From Desulfobulbus propionicus DSM 2032 (GTDB lineage Bacteria > Desulfobacterota > Desulfobulbia > Desulfobulbales > Desulfobulbaceae): a DNA stretch of 32,000 bases. The position numbers were made by a program, and so were the translations under genes. The stretch lies in assembly GCF_000186885.1 (NCBI RefSeq), contig NC_014972.1, forward strand, positions 2,850,001-2,882,000. The letters are read 5' to 3'. The stretch's first letter is position 1. Each line of letters starts with the position of its first letter. The notes under the pieces were generated by a model. The model did not search any database. It was not told the DNA's origin and saw only the letters and a program-made list of their open reading frames with translations. Positions 1-9,835 of the stretch are shown here, piece by piece.

Positions 1-305
1 TGACCGTGCCCTCGGGCGAAGAAGCCGTCGAATACATAAAAAAAACGCCCGTTGACCTGGTCATCCTCGACATGCTCATGGATCCGGGAATCAACGGCTG
101 TGAAACCTACGAACAGATTCTCCGTCACGTCCCGGGACAAAAGGCCATCATCACCAGCGGCTATTCCAACGCCGAGGAGATCAATCGGGCCATGAACCTG
201 GGCATCAGCCAGTTCGTCAAAAAACCGTATTCCCTTTACGAACTCGCCCAAGCCCTGAAAACGGAAATGGCCCCGCCCCACTCCTCGATGTATTCTCAAA
301 AATAA
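1..305 (+). CDS. 3' end of a gene encoding a receiver (REC) domain, most likely the C-terminal receiver of a hybrid sensor histidine kinase (5' end outside the window)
   Basis: The frame is open from the window edge to TAA at 303-305. The translation ...VDLVILDMLMDPGINGCETYEQIL...IITSGYS...FVKKPY has the REC phospho-Asp, Thr/Ser and Lys positions. By eye it resembles the C-terminal receiver of the kinase at 18475-20847 (DLVLLDMILGQGMDGLDTYRQIL...IVSGYA...YVKKPY). Confidence 0.8.
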   Translation, partial: TVPSGEEAVEYIKKTPVDLVILDMLMDPGINGCETYEQILRHVPGQKAIITSGYSNAEEINRAMNLGISQFVKKPYSLYELAQALKTEMAPPHSSMYSQK

Positions 306-540
306 TCGCGCCGCGCAACGGGCCACTGGCGGGCCACCCGGCGACCTTCCGGTCTTCCGCCTTCAACGGGAGGAAAGCCCCGTTTCCTCGGCCGGACGTT
401 CGTGGTATAAGGCTGCGTGACGGATCCCCCCTTCCCCTGGGCCCCCCTGGCGCGACAACCACCCGCCCGAAAAGGCTGCTCGCGGCGGCTCCGCCCTTGT
501 GCCTGGTTCACGGGCCATGACTTTTTATTGGGAGTTTTCC

Positions 541-2406
541 ATGAAACAATTGTTCCGCATCCTCTTTATGCCCCTGTTCTGGCTCTGGAAATTCCTCAGC
601 TCCGGGTTGTCTGTACTGTCCAACCTTCTTTTCCTGGCCCTTGTCCTGGCGATTCTGACCGTGGCTTTCTACACACCCAAGATCGACGTGCCGGCGGCTT
701 GCGCCCTGGTGGTGTCCCCGGCAGGAGATATTGTCGAAGAGCGTTCGCCCATGGATCCCATGACCAGGATACTGGGGCATCTGTCCGGAACACCCCTTGA
801 AAAGGATACCTTTCTCCAGGACATCCTTGATGGGGTGAACGCGGCCAGTGGGGACGCCCGCATCAAAATGCTGGTCATCAACACCAATCGCATGGGCGGC
901 GCCAGCCTTGACCAGCTGCGGGCCATCGGGACCGCGGTGGAGGCGTTCAAGAAGACGGGCAAGGAGGTGATCGCCTTGGGCGACAGCTTCAACCAGGCCC
1001 AATACTATCTGGCTTCCTGGGCCGACAAAATCTATCTCCATCCCATGGGAGCGGTCGACATCCGCGGCTTTTCCGTGTTCCGGCTCTACCTGCGGGAGAT
1101 GCTCGACAAACTGGCGATCAACATGCACGTGTTCCGCGTCGGCACCTTCAAATCGGCGGTGGAGCCGTTTCTCCGCAACGACATGTCCCCGGAAGACAGG
1201 GAAGCCAACAGCTTGTGGCTGGGCAACCTGTGGCAGGTCTATCGCGACGATATCGTTCGGCACCGCAAACTCGACGCCGAGGTGTTCGTCGACAACGTCA
1301 ACCAGATGGTCACGCAGCTGGCCTCGGTGGGCGGTGACCGTGGCCGTCTGGCCGTGGCCACAGGCCTGGTGGACGGCCTGAAGAGCCATCAGGAACTGGA
1401 ACAACTGCTCAAGGAGCACATCGGGGTTTCGGCCGATGCAAAGAGTTTCCGCCATATCGCCCTCAGCGATTATCTGCAGACCTTCCCCTCCTCCTATGTC
1501 GACACCAAGGGAAAGAAAGAGCTGATCGGCATCATCGCCGCCTCGGGCAACATCCTGCCCGGCGAGGGGGCGGTTGGCCAGATCGGTGCCGACGACCTGA
1601 TCAAGCGTATCCGCAAGGCTCGGCAGGATCAGCGAATCAAGGCCATCGTCTTGCGTATCACCACCGGCGGCGGCAGCGCCCTTGCCTCGGAACTGATCCG
1701 CCAGGAGCTGGCGCAGGCAAAAAAAGAAGGAAAAATCGTGGTGGTGTCCATGGGGGCCATGGCCGCCTCGGGCGGCTACTGGCTGGCGGCCGATGCCGAC
1801 CTGATCGTGGCCGCGCCGACCACCCTCACCGGCTCGATCGGCATCTTCGGGGCCGTGCCCACGGTGGAGAAAACCCTGGCCAACCTGGGCATCCACGGCG
1901 ACGGGGTGGGCACCACCGATATCGCCCACTTCGGCAACCCGGCCACGACCATGAGCCCCGAGGAAGAAACCGCCCTGCACATGGAGGTGATGCAGGGCTA
2001 CCGCCGGTTCATCGACATCGTCGCCCAAGGACGGAAAATGCGTCCGGAGCAGGTGGAGAAAATCGCCGAAGGACGGGTGTGGGATGGGACGACCGCGCTC
2101 AAGCTCGGACTGGTGGACAAGCTGGGCAATCTGGAGGAAGCTATCGCCGAGGCCGCCAAGCTGGCCAAGGTTCCGGAAGAAAACGGCTTGTTCATCGAGC
2201 TGACGCCGGACAATTACCTCGAACGCTTCAAACGGGTGGAGCAGCCGATCGAGGCCCTGCTCGCCCGTCTGACCGGCTCGGCGGCGCTGCCCGTTTCCCT
2301 GCGGCGCACGGCCCAGGAACAGTTCGACTTCCTCCTGCCTGCGGCCGACCCCAGGGGCCTCTATGCCCACAGTCTGGTGCCGTTGTCGGCGCTCCGGTTT
2401 CGCTAG
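541..2406 (+). CDS. sppA: Signal peptide peptidase SppA, 67K type (protease IV, tandem S49 domains)
   Basis: The track ORF is 499-2406. I prefer ATG 541, which is preceded by GGGAG. The N-terminus MKQLFRILFMPLFWLWKFL plus a TM helix resembles E. coli SppA. Two S49 repeats are present, the second with the ITTGGGSALASE and MGAMAASGGYWLA serine-nucleophile context. Confidence 0.9.
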   Translation: MKQLFRILFMPLFWLWKFLSSGLSVLSNLLFLALVLAILTVAFYTPKIDVPAACALVVSPAGDIVEERSPMDPMTRILGHLSGTPLEKDTFLQDILDGVNAASGDARIKMLVINTNRMGGASLDQLRAIGTAVEAFKKTGKEVIALGDSFNQAQYYLASWADKIYLHPMGAVDIRGFSVFRLYLREMLDKLAINMHVFRVGTFKSAVEPFLRNDMSPEDREANSLWLGNLWQVYRDDIVRHRKLDAEVFVDNVNQMVTQLASVGGDRGRLAVATGLVDGLKSHQELEQLLKEHIGVSADAKSFRHIALSDYLQTFPSSYVDTKGKKELIGIIAASGNILPGEGAVGQIGADDLIKRIRKARQDQRIKAIVLRITTGGGSALASELIRQELAQAKKEGKIVVVSMGAMAASGGYWLAADADLIVAAPTTLTGSIGIFGAVPTVEKTLANLGIHGDGVGTTDIAHFGNPATTMSPEEETALHMEVMQGYRRFIDIVAQGRKMRPEQVEKIAEGRVWDGTTALKLGLVDKLGNLEEAIAEAAKLAKVPEENGLFIELTPDNYLERFKRVEQPIEALLARLTGSAALPVSLRRTAQEQFDFLLPAADPRGLYAHSLVPLSALRFR

Positions 2407-2416
2407 AAGGTGCGGA

Positions 2417-3589
2417 TCAGCCCTTGAGCACCGCCAGCGGCTCAAGTTCGGTGACCACCTCGATCAAATCAGCCTGGCTGGCGATCACCACGTTGATGTC
2501 CTTGTAGGCTCCGGGCGCCTCTTCGAGATCGCTGCGATGGCGGAGCGAGTGGAGGATATGACGGGCATTGAGCTTGTCGATTTCCTCGCGCAGGTTGAGC
2601 ACCCGCTGGGCCTCCTTGCGGCCCAACACCCGGCCGGCGCCATGGGAACAGGACATGAACGACTGCGGGTTGCCCAGGCCGCGAACGATATAGCTGCGGC
2701 TGCCCTGGGAACCGGGAATGATGCCGTACTCCCCGGCAAAGGCGCGGGTAGCCCCCTTGCGGTGCACCCAGACCTCCCGGCCGAAATGCGTCTCGCGGGC
2801 CGCATAGTTGTGGGCCACATCCACGGGCGGCTCAAACTGGTCGCAACCGGTGATCTCGGCCACGATTTCCTGGAAGGCGTTCATCATCTCCCGCCGGTTG
2901 GCACGGGCAAAGGCCACGCAGTATTCCATCTCGCGCAGGTAGCGTTGCCCCTCGGCCGAGGCCAGCGGCAGGGCCGCCAGCTGCCACTGGCTGGGAATGG
3001 CCTCCTGGCCCTTGGTTTTTGCCAGTCGGATGGCCAGGGTATTGTACTGGCCGGCCACCTTGTAGCCGATGTTCCTGCTGCCGGAATGGACCATCAGCCA
3101 AATGCGCTGATCACGGCCCCGTTGGATCTCGATGAAGTGATTGCCGCCGCCCAAGGTGCCGATCTGGCAGCGAGCGCTGGCAAACTCCTCGGCCACCACC
3201 GGCATCTCCCGCTCCAGGTCACCCGGATCGGGCAAGGAGGCCACCGGCCGCGGTTTGTCGTGATGCTTGAATCCAAGCGGGATGGCCTGGCGCAGGCCGG
3301 CCAGGATTTTCTTCAGCTCCGGCGGATCGATGTCGCTCAACCCGGTGCGCACGGCCCGCATGCCGCAGCCGATGTCAACCCCCACCGCGTTGGGAATGAC
3401 GGCGCCGATGGTCGCCAGTACCCCGCCGATGGGCATGCCGTACCCCACATGGGCATCGGCCATGATGGCCACATGATGGAAGGCGCAGGGAAGATTGGCC
3501 AGGTGCCGCGCCTGCTCCAGGGCGTCCGCGTCCAGCTCCGCCAGCCAGAGCATCAAGGGAATTTTCTCGGTTGTGATGACCCGTTGCAC
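2417..3589 (-). CDS. rtcB: RtcB-family RNA 3'-phosphate ligase
   Basis: 390 aa with a GTG start preceded by AAGAGGA. RtcB hallmark blocks are present: MADAHVGYGMPIGG, GVDIGCGM, GGGNHFIE, HSGSRNIG, SCSHGAGR. The gene is convergent with sppA; the stop codons are 10 nt apart. Confidence 0.9.
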   Translation of the reverse strand: MQRVITTEKIPLMLWLAELDADALEQARHLANLPCAFHHVAIMADAHVGYGMPIGGVLATIGAVIPNAVGVDIGCGMRAVRTGLSDIDPPELKKILAGLRQAIPLGFKHHDKPRPVASLPDPGDLEREMPVVAEEFASARCQIGTLGGGNHFIEIQRGRDQRIWLMVHSGSRNIGYKVAGQYNTLAIRLAKTKGQEAIPSQWQLAALPLASAEGQRYLREMEYCVAFARANRREMMNAFQEIVAEITGCDQFEPPVDVAHNYAARETHFGREVWVHRKGATRAFAGEYGIIPGSQGSRSYIVRGLGNPQSFMSCSHGAGRVLGRKEAQRVLNLREEIDKLNARHILHSLRHRSDLEEAPGAYKDINVVIASQADLIEVVTELEPLAVLKG

Positions 3590-3719
3590 AGTGTCCTCTT
3601 GCTCTCTTGTCGATCTGGTTTATAGTGCCGCCTCATGAAAGGATATCCTGACAGCCGCACCGTGTTTCCGGCCCGGCCGGGGTACCCGCACTCTCAACGA
3701 TCCGCCTTGCATCCGTCCC

Positions 3720-4688
3720 ATGATCACCGAAGCAACCCTGCTCCACCTCTGGCACCATCTTGGCTGGCCGCTGCTGCGCCTGTTGCTCTACCTGGCCATT
3801 GGCCTGCTCGCGGCCCTGTTCATCGAATCGCTCAACTGGACCCGCAAACTGGCCATCGTCGCCCGGCCGCTGACCCGCTTCGGCCATCTCTCGCCGCTGA
3901 CCGGGGCCTCCTTTTCGATGTGCTTCTTTTCCGGCATGGCCGCCAACACCATGCTGGCCGAGGGATACGACAGCAAACAGTTGAGCCGCAAGGAACTGAT
4001 CCTGGCAAACCTGTTCAACAGCCTGCCCAGTAATTTTCTCCATCTGCCGACAACATTCTTCATTGCCGCCCCGATTATCAAGGGCGCCGCCTTCATCTAT
4101 ATCGGCCTGACCGTCTCTGCCGCCGTGCTACGCACCCTGTTCATCGCCCTGGTGAGCCGGCTGCTGCTGCCGGCGGCCAACAGTGAGGCCCAGGCCATGC
4201 AGCTGCCGCCGGACCCGGCCCATCCCTTCCGCGCCGCCCTGCGCAATACCCTGAAACGGTTCAAGCGGCGCATCCGCAAGATCGTCAGTTACACGGTGCC
4301 GATCTACATCCTGTTCTATTTCCTCAGCGAGGCCGGTTTCTTTGCCGCCGCCGAACGGTTCATGGGACAGCATCTTGCTTGGATGGCGTGGCTGTCCCCC
4401 CAGGCCCTGTCCATCCTCACCTTTCAGATGGCCGCCGAGTTCACCGCCGGCCTGGCCGCGGCCGGGTCGCTTTTGGCCAGCGGTTCGATGAGCGCGCGCG
4501 AGATCGTGCTCGTGCTGCTGATCGGCAACGTGCTCTCCTCGCCGATCCGGGCCATCCGCCACCAGTATCCCTATTATGCCGGGATCTTCAAGCCGGTGCT
4601 GGCCGCGGAACTGATTCTGTTCAGCCAGAGTTTCCGGGCGTTGAGCATAGCCTTTGTTGCCCTGGTGTATTACTTTGTAACCGCGTAA
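3720..4688 (+). CDS. Polytopic inner-membrane protein, possibly of the nucleoside-recognition (Gate) domain family
   Basis: 322 aa and very hydrophobic, with about 8 predicted helices. GC3-rich codon usage supports this strand. The family assignment rests only on remembered resemblance to Gate-domain proteins, and no SD is evident before ATG 3720. Confidence 0.55.
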   Translation: MITEATLLHLWHHLGWPLLRLLLYLAIGLLAALFIESLNWTRKLAIVARPLTRFGHLSPLTGASFSMCFFSGMAANTMLAEGYDSKQLSRKELILANLFNSLPSNFLHLPTTFFIAAPIIKGAAFIYIGLTVSAAVLRTLFIALVSRLLLPAANSEAQAMQLPPDPAHPFRAALRNTLKRFKRRIRKIVSYTVPIYILFYFLSEAGFFAAAERFMGQHLAWMAWLSPQALSILTFQMAAEFTAGLAAAGSLLASGSMSAREIVLVLLIGNVLSSPIRAIRHQYPYYAGIFKPVLAAELILFSQSFRALSIAFVALVYYFVTA

Positions 4689-4753
4689 ACAAAATTACCC
4701 ACCACTCTTGCCGGCGGGCGGCAGGGGATCGAACAGCGACCAAGGAGATTCAG

Positions 4754-5677
4754 ATGGAAAGAACCATTCTCGTGGCGATCGACGGTTCCGTGTACAGCTC
4801 CAATAGCCTCGACTACCTGGCCCGATTGTTCGCAGCGGATCGCGGTCTCTCCATTCACCTGCTCAGCGTGGTGTCTGCGGGCGCCGCGGGCAAGGAATGG
4901 ATGCTTGAGGTCGATCCGCTCCGCGCCCAGGCGCCGGGTGCGGATAAACGCACCGCGCTCGCCCGCAGGCATCTCAAGGAGGCGGAGGAACGATTGATCC
5001 GCAGCGGCTTTGCCCAGGAACGGATCCAAACGCGGGTCAAGACCGCGGCAAGCGTCAGTGGCGCCATTCGCGAGGAGGCCGAGCGCGGCAACTACGACAG
5101 CCTGCTCGTCGGTCGCCGTGGCCTGGGGGCGGTGGGCAACATGTTTTTCGGCAGCACCTCGAGCGATCTGATTGAACGATGCCATCGGGTGCCGCTGTGG
5201 ATCGTCGACGGCAGTGTCGGCGCCTCCCGCTTTCTGCTCGCCGTGCATAGTCACCCCGCCTCGCTGATGGCGGCCGACCATCTGGCCTTCATGCTCAAGG
5301 ACCATCCAAGCGCCGAGATCTGCCTCTACCATTCCAATTCGGTGTTCGGCAAGCAGCCGGCGGCCAGGGCCGAGGAGTTTCACCCCCAATGGGGCAAGGC
5401 CTGGTGCGACCAGTATCTCGACCTGGACAACTTCCTTTTCTACGCCCATGCCCAGCTGCTGGTCGACAACGGCTTCGCCCGTCACCGCATCACCCAGCTG
5501 CCGGCGCAGATGCACCTCGACGTGAGCAGCGATCTGCTCAAGCAGGCCAAACAGTACAGCTGCGGGACCATCGTCATCGGCCGTCGACGGCGGGATCTGG
5601 CCAAGGGGCAGCTCAAGGGCATTTCCGAAAAAACCCTCAAGCAGGCCGAAAACATCGCCGTCTGGCTGGCCGGATAA
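4754..5677 (+). CDS. Tandem universal stress protein (UspA-family) domains
   Basis: ATG 4754 is preceded by AAGGAG (4742-4747). MERTILVAIDGS... and VGRRGLGAVGNMFFGSTSSDL give the USP G-x2-G-x9-G(S/T) ATP motif. The second, degenerate USP domain ends GTIVIGRRRR...GISEKTL. The track start at 4379 overlaps the upstream gene and is rejected. Confidence 0.85.
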   Translation: MERTILVAIDGSVYSSNSLDYLARLFAADRGLSIHLLSVVSAGAAGKEWMLEVDPLRAQAPGADKRTALARRHLKEAEERLIRSGFAQERIQTRVKTAASVSGAIREEAERGNYDSLLVGRRGLGAVGNMFFGSTSSDLIERCHRVPLWIVDGSVGASRFLLAVHSHPASLMAADHLAFMLKDHPSAEICLYHSNSVFGKQPAARAEEFHPQWGKAWCDQYLDLDNFLFYAHAQLLVDNGFARHRITQLPAQMHLDVSSDLLKQAKQYSCGTIVIGRRRRDLAKGQLKGISEKTLKQAENIAVWLAG

Positions 5678-5703
5678 TCTCTAAATCCCGGCGGCCGACC
5701 GCT

Positions 5704-5719
5704 CACTCCCGGCGGAGTG
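5704..5719. terminator. Small GC hairpin between the convergent usp and M16 genes (possible terminator)
   Basis: CACTCC-CGGC-GGAGTG is a 6-bp stem with a tetraloop in the 47-nt convergent gap. There is no U tract on either side. Confidence 0.25.
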
Positions 5720-5724
5720 CCCGG

Positions 5725-8604
5725 CTATCGGCCGTTTTTCGGACTGACGATCACCGTGGCCGCCTGCTTCGGATCGAGATACCGACGGGCCAGGCCGGTC
5801 AACTCCTCCGCCTTGATGGCGGCAAAGCCTTCGCTGATCGACAGCGGCCACGTGAGCTGCTGCGGATGCCGGCTGGACAGGGTGAGCACCGATTCCATCC
5901 AGTAGCGATTGTTGCGCTTGATATCCTTGATCGAGGTCAGAGTCGGCTCCAGGGCCCGACGCAGTTCATCCTCACTCACTCCTTGCACGCCGAGACTGGC
6001 GGCAACCTCCCGGATCACCGTGGCCAGGGAAGCGGCTTGGTCCGGGGCAACGATCAGACTGCTCTGCAGCAGCCCAAAGCCCGCATGCCCGCGGCTGGGC
6101 ATGCTGACCACCCGGGGCGAGTAGGTGGCGCCCAGCTCCTCGCGGATCTTGACCCGCAACCGATCGTCCAACACCGCAGCCAACAGGTTGAGACGGCGGG
6201 TGCGGTCGATATCCCAAAAATCATCGGTTTTCCAGGCAACGGTGAGCAGGGCCCGATCAATGCTGCTGGCCACGGGCAAGAGCCGTTCCTGTCCGGCAGG
6301 GAAAACGATGGGCTTCGCCGGCGCAGCCGCCCCTGGCTGGCGCTGCTCGGCACCGAAATAGCGGCTGACCAAACGCACGACTTCTTGCGGGTCGATATCG
6401 CCGACCACGTTGATCTCCAGCGGCGCCTGGGCAAACACCGGCGTCAGCCAATCACGCACCTGGGCCAGCTCAACCCGCTCGATCTGTTCCCAGGACGCCA
6501 AACCGTATTCGGGGCTGGACCCGGCAAGAAAGCGCTCGCCCTGGGTTTGCTGCACCCCCTCAACCGTGCCGGCCAGCTGATCGTACATCCGGCGCAGATT
6601 CTCCCGGCTGCGGCGAAAGGCCTCGGGACGATAGGCCGGGTCGTGGAGGCGATGGGCGAGCACCTGCAGCAACCGTTCAAGTTCCTTGCTGAGCCCGCCG
6701 CCAACAAAGGAAAAGCTCTCCGGGCCAACCTTGAACTCCAGATTGATATTGGTCCCGGCCAGGGCCTTGGCCAGTTGTTCCCGGTTCAAGCGGCCGATGC
6801 CGCTTTCCCTGATCACCGCTTCGGCCATCATGGCCAACCCTTCCGCCGGCTCCGCCTGCTTCCCTTGGCCGAACTGCACCGACAACAGCACCTGCTGGGC
6901 CTGAAAATCGGTGGGCTTGATATTGAGCCGCACCCCGCCCGCAAGCACCACTGTCTCGACCCCGATGTCCGCATGCCGATTGTGCTCGATCACCCTACCG
7001 GAGGTCGCGGGCGGGGCAAGATAGGGAAAGGAGGCCTGTTCCTCTTCCACCCAAGGGACAGGAGGCTGGTTGGCATGGGCGCGATAAACCTCCCGAACCT
7101 GTTGCGCCCCCTGGGGTGCGGCCAGTTCCGGGGCCACCACGCCGACCACCTCCACCAGCCTGCGCTGCCGGCTCCACAGTTGCCGCCAGGCCTCGTTCAC
7201 CTCGTTCAGGGTCATCTTTTCCAGCGCTGGCCCGTAAAGAGCCATCTCCTGGGCAGGGGAAAGAATGACCTCGTGGTCGTTGAGTTTGCGGATGATCTCC
7301 TCGGCCAACTCCCGGCTGTCGCGGGTGGGGGCGGTCTGAACCGCCTTTTCCAGCAGGGCCATGACCTCGCGCTTGCCCCGCGCCAGTTCCGCCTCGGTAA
7401 AGCCGTCCTGCAGAGCTTGGGCCAGGGTCGTTTGCAGCAGGCTCAGCCCCTCCTGCCAGCGTCCGACCTCGGTGCGAGCCGCCAAGGTGGCAAAGCCAAA
7501 ACGACGAAGAAAGATGCCGGCATGCGCCCGGGGCTGGGCCACGGGGCTGTTAGCTCGCTGCTCCAGCTGCTCCAGCCGGTTGGCCAGCAGGGTTACGGCG
7601 ACATATTGCCGCAGCTGCGCCATTTCCCACACCAGGGTGTCCGGGCCGGGCGCGGTATTGAACACCGTGGTCAGGGCCAGGCCGGTATAACCCAGCTCCG
7701 GCTCGGGCAGAATCAGAACGTCGGTGCCCTCTTCCCGCACCATACCCCACTCCGGGCAGGAACCGACTTCTCCCACGCCCCGCAGACCGGCAAAAGCGGC
7801 GCGCACCTGCTGCTCGGTTTTCCGCAGATCGATATCGCCGACCACCACGGCGATCATGTTCTCCGGTCGATACCAGCGGTCATAATAGGCGCGGAGCAGG
7901 GCGCTGTTCGCGGTCTTGAGCACCTCTTCCTCGCCAATGGGATCGCGCGCCGTCACCAGGGTGCCGGCAAAATCGAACTGCAACTGCTGTTTCGATACCC
8001 GGGACGCGGCTGAATCTCGGCTGCGTTTTTCCGCCAGAATAATCCCCCGTTCCCGCTCCACCTCCTGCTCCAGCAACAGCGCCCCCCGGGCGTAATCGGC
8101 GAGCACCTTGAATCCCTCCGCCATGGCCTTGGCATCGCTGGCCGGCAGGAGCAGATTATAGACGGTTTCGTCAAAGCCGGTGTGGGCGTTGGTATCGCCG
8201 CCAAACCCCATGCCCTGGGCCTGCAGGTACTCGACCAGGGTTCCTGGGGGATAATGGGTGGTCCCGTTGAACAGCATGTGTTCCAGAAAGTGGGCGACGC
8301 CCCGTTGGCTGTCCGTTTCATGGATCGAACCCGACTGGACGTTGAGGTACAGCGCGGCCCGGTCCTTCGGCTCGGAGTTGGCCATGAGCACATATCGCAA
8401 CCCGTTGTCCAGTCGGCCAAACACCAGGGCCGGGTCAGGCTGGAGATCACTGGTGTCCTGGGGCCACCCCGTGGAAAGACAGGCTGAGGAAACGGAGGGG
8501 GACGTATCGGCACCGAAGATGACGGGTGCAGGGGCTGCGAGAAAAAACAGTGCCAGGAAAAAAAGGATACCGGTTCCTGTTCGGGAAAGGATATGGTGCA
8601 TCAT
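5725..8604 (-). CDS. Secreted M16-family zinc metallopeptidase, double-unit (PqqL-like)
   Basis: 959 aa. There is an N-terminal signal-like segment (ILFFLALFFLAAPAPVIFG) and the inverted zinc motif HFLEH followed by NGT. The length equals two M16 active/inactive domain pairs, as in PqqL-type enzymes. Confidence 0.85.
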   Translation of the reverse strand: MMHHILSRTGTGILFFLALFFLAAPAPVIFGADTSPSVSSACLSTGWPQDTSDLQPDPALVFGRLDNGLRYVLMANSEPKDRAALYLNVQSGSIHETDSQRGVAHFLEHMLFNGTTHYPPGTLVEYLQAQGMGFGGDTNAHTGFDETVYNLLLPASDAKAMAEGFKVLADYARGALLLEQEVERERGIILAEKRSRDSAASRVSKQQLQFDFAGTLVTARDPIGEEEVLKTANSALLRAYYDRWYRPENMIAVVVGDIDLRKTEQQVRAAFAGLRGVGEVGSCPEWGMVREEGTDVLILPEPELGYTGLALTTVFNTAPGPDTLVWEMAQLRQYVAVTLLANRLEQLEQRANSPVAQPRAHAGIFLRRFGFATLAARTEVGRWQEGLSLLQTTLAQALQDGFTEAELARGKREVMALLEKAVQTAPTRDSRELAEEIIRKLNDHEVILSPAQEMALYGPALEKMTLNEVNEAWRQLWSRQRRLVEVVGVVAPELAAPQGAQQVREVYRAHANQPPVPWVEEEQASFPYLAPPATSGRVIEHNRHADIGVETVVLAGGVRLNIKPTDFQAQQVLLSVQFGQGKQAEPAEGLAMMAEAVIRESGIGRLNREQLAKALAGTNINLEFKVGPESFSFVGGGLSKELERLLQVLAHRLHDPAYRPEAFRRSRENLRRMYDQLAGTVEGVQQTQGERFLAGSSPEYGLASWEQIERVELAQVRDWLTPVFAQAPLEINVVGDIDPQEVVRLVSRYFGAEQRQPGAAAPAKPIVFPAGQERLLPVASSIDRALLTVAWKTDDFWDIDRTRRLNLLAAVLDDRLRVKIREELGATYSPRVVSMPSRGHAGFGLLQSSLIVAPDQAASLATVIREVAASLGVQGVSEDELRRALEPTLTSIKDIKRNNRYWMESVLTLSSRHPQQLTWPLSISEGFAAIKAEELTGLARRYLDPKQAATVIVSPKNGR

Positions 8605-8677
8605 GGATTTCGTCGGCTCTGGTGGATAAAATCAAGAATAATTCACAACTATAGTGTGCATCCGGAAGGGGGACAAG

Positions 8678-9505
8678 ATGAATATTGCCGGGAAAAGGGC
8701 GTTGGTGCTCGGCGCTTCGCGCGGGGTGGGCCTGGCCATCGCCCGGATGCTGGCCGCGCACGGCGTCCGCTTGGCCCTGCCCTGGTTTGACTGGCCGGAA
8801 TCGGCGCTGGCCATGGCCAAGGAATTCGGCGAGGAAACCGGCGGCAATCTGGCCATGCAGGTCGATCTGCGCCAGCCGGAGGAAGTGGCGGCTTTGATGC
8901 GCGCGATCGACGAACGGATGGGCGGCCTGGACATCCTGGTCAACAACATCGAACGCGGCGGCATGCCGGTGCTCCATGGCGGATATCATCGAGAGGTCAA
9001 CCGCGACCAGTGGCAGCTGGAAATGGAAACAACCGTGCACGCCAAATGGCTGGTCTTTAATCAGGCCCTGCCGCTGCTGCGCCGCAGTCCGGAGGCGGTG
9101 GTGGTCAATCTTTCCTCGATCGCCGGCCTGGTCGGCCGATCCGGCCCGGCCGGGATGCTGTTCAATGACGGCTACGCCGCCGCCAACCGGGGGATTGCCT
9201 CCCTGACCGAAACCTGGGCGCGACTCGGGGCGCCGACCATCCGGGTCAACGAAATCATGCTGGGGCTGATCGACCAACGACACGGGCCGGGGACGCGGGG
9301 ATGGGCGCTGCTCAGTGACGCGCAACGCCGGGCATTGCTCGACCACACCTTGCTGCGCCGGACAGGCACCCCGGAGGAGGTGGCCAAGACCGTGCTCTTT
9401 CTCGTGCGGGACGCTGAATTTCTGACCGGAGCGGTGCTGCGGATGGACGGCGGATATGTGCTGGGTGGGGAGCAACCGCCCGAGATGCCGGACGGTGTGC
9501 TGTGA
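8678..9505 (+). CDS. Short-chain dehydrogenase/reductase (SDR) family protein with an atypical catalytic motif
   Basis: ATG 8678 follows GGGGGA. It has the Rossmann motif LVLGASRGVGLAIA, an NNIE(R)GG block, the Ser region NLSSIAG, and YAAAN where YxxxK is expected. Confidence 0.8.
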   Translation: MNIAGKRALVLGASRGVGLAIARMLAAHGVRLALPWFDWPESALAMAKEFGEETGGNLAMQVDLRQPEEVAALMRAIDERMGGLDILVNNIERGGMPVLHGGYHREVNRDQWQLEMETTVHAKWLVFNQALPLLRRSPEAVVVNLSSIAGLVGRSGPAGMLFNDGYAAANRGIASLTETWARLGAPTIRVNEIMLGLIDQRHGPGTRGWALLSDAQRRALLDHTLLRRTGTPEEVAKTVLFLVRDAEFLTGAVLRMDGGYVLGGEQPPEMPDGVL

Positions 9506-9527
9506 GCGGGCAAGACGGCAAACGGGA

Positions 9528-9785
9528 TCAGATGTCCAGCACCCAGTCAGGCAAATGGTGCATGATGTACTCGGTCACCTTTTCCTTGCCCTGGGGGTCG
9601 CTGGCCTTGACGCCGGCATCGCGCATCACTTCCTCGAAGTCAAACCAGCACAGCTCCTTTTCCTGGTGGCTGTAGACGGTGAGGATTCGATGATCGGGAT
9701 CATCGATGTCTTCTTCTTCCTGAATGGCGGCGACCAGACGGACCGCCTCCTCGTAGGGTAAAAAACGGATTTCTTCTTCGCTCAT
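9528..9785 (-). CDS. Small acidic hypothetical protein (85 aa)
   Basis: ATG (complement of 9783-9785) is preceded by GGAG. The sequence MSEEEIRFLPYEEAVRLVAAIQEEEDIDDPDH... has genome-like codon usage. I recognise no family. Confidence 0.5.
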   Translation of the reverse strand: MSEEEIRFLPYEEAVRLVAAIQEEEDIDDPDHRILTVYSHQEKELCWFDFEEVMRDAGVKASDPQGKEKVTEYIMHHLPDWVLDI

Positions 9786-9835
9786 CGACAACTCCACGCT
9801 GCACACCGATTCATTGCTTGTGCCGAGCACGCATG

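Noticed and set aside
370-411. Hairpin GAGGAAA-GCCCCG-TTTCCTC (370-389) and TGGTATAAG extended -10-like motif (403-411) between the left-edge gene and sppA.
   Set aside because: The hairpin lacks a U tract and the promoter lacks a -35. Both are plausible but too weak to list as features.
4379-4753. N-terminal extension of the USP gene (track start at 4379) overlapping the upstream membrane-protein gene by about 310 nt.
   Set aside because: The extension is Arg/Pro-rich nonsense in the alternative frame of a well-supported gene. ATG 4754 has a strong AAGGAG SD and starts exactly at the USP fold (MERTILVAIDGS).
9786-9830. Longer form of the small acidic ORF, starting at 9830.
   Set aside because: It has no SD and abuts the rpmB terminator at 9836-9872. 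The internal ATG at 9785 has a GGAG SD.
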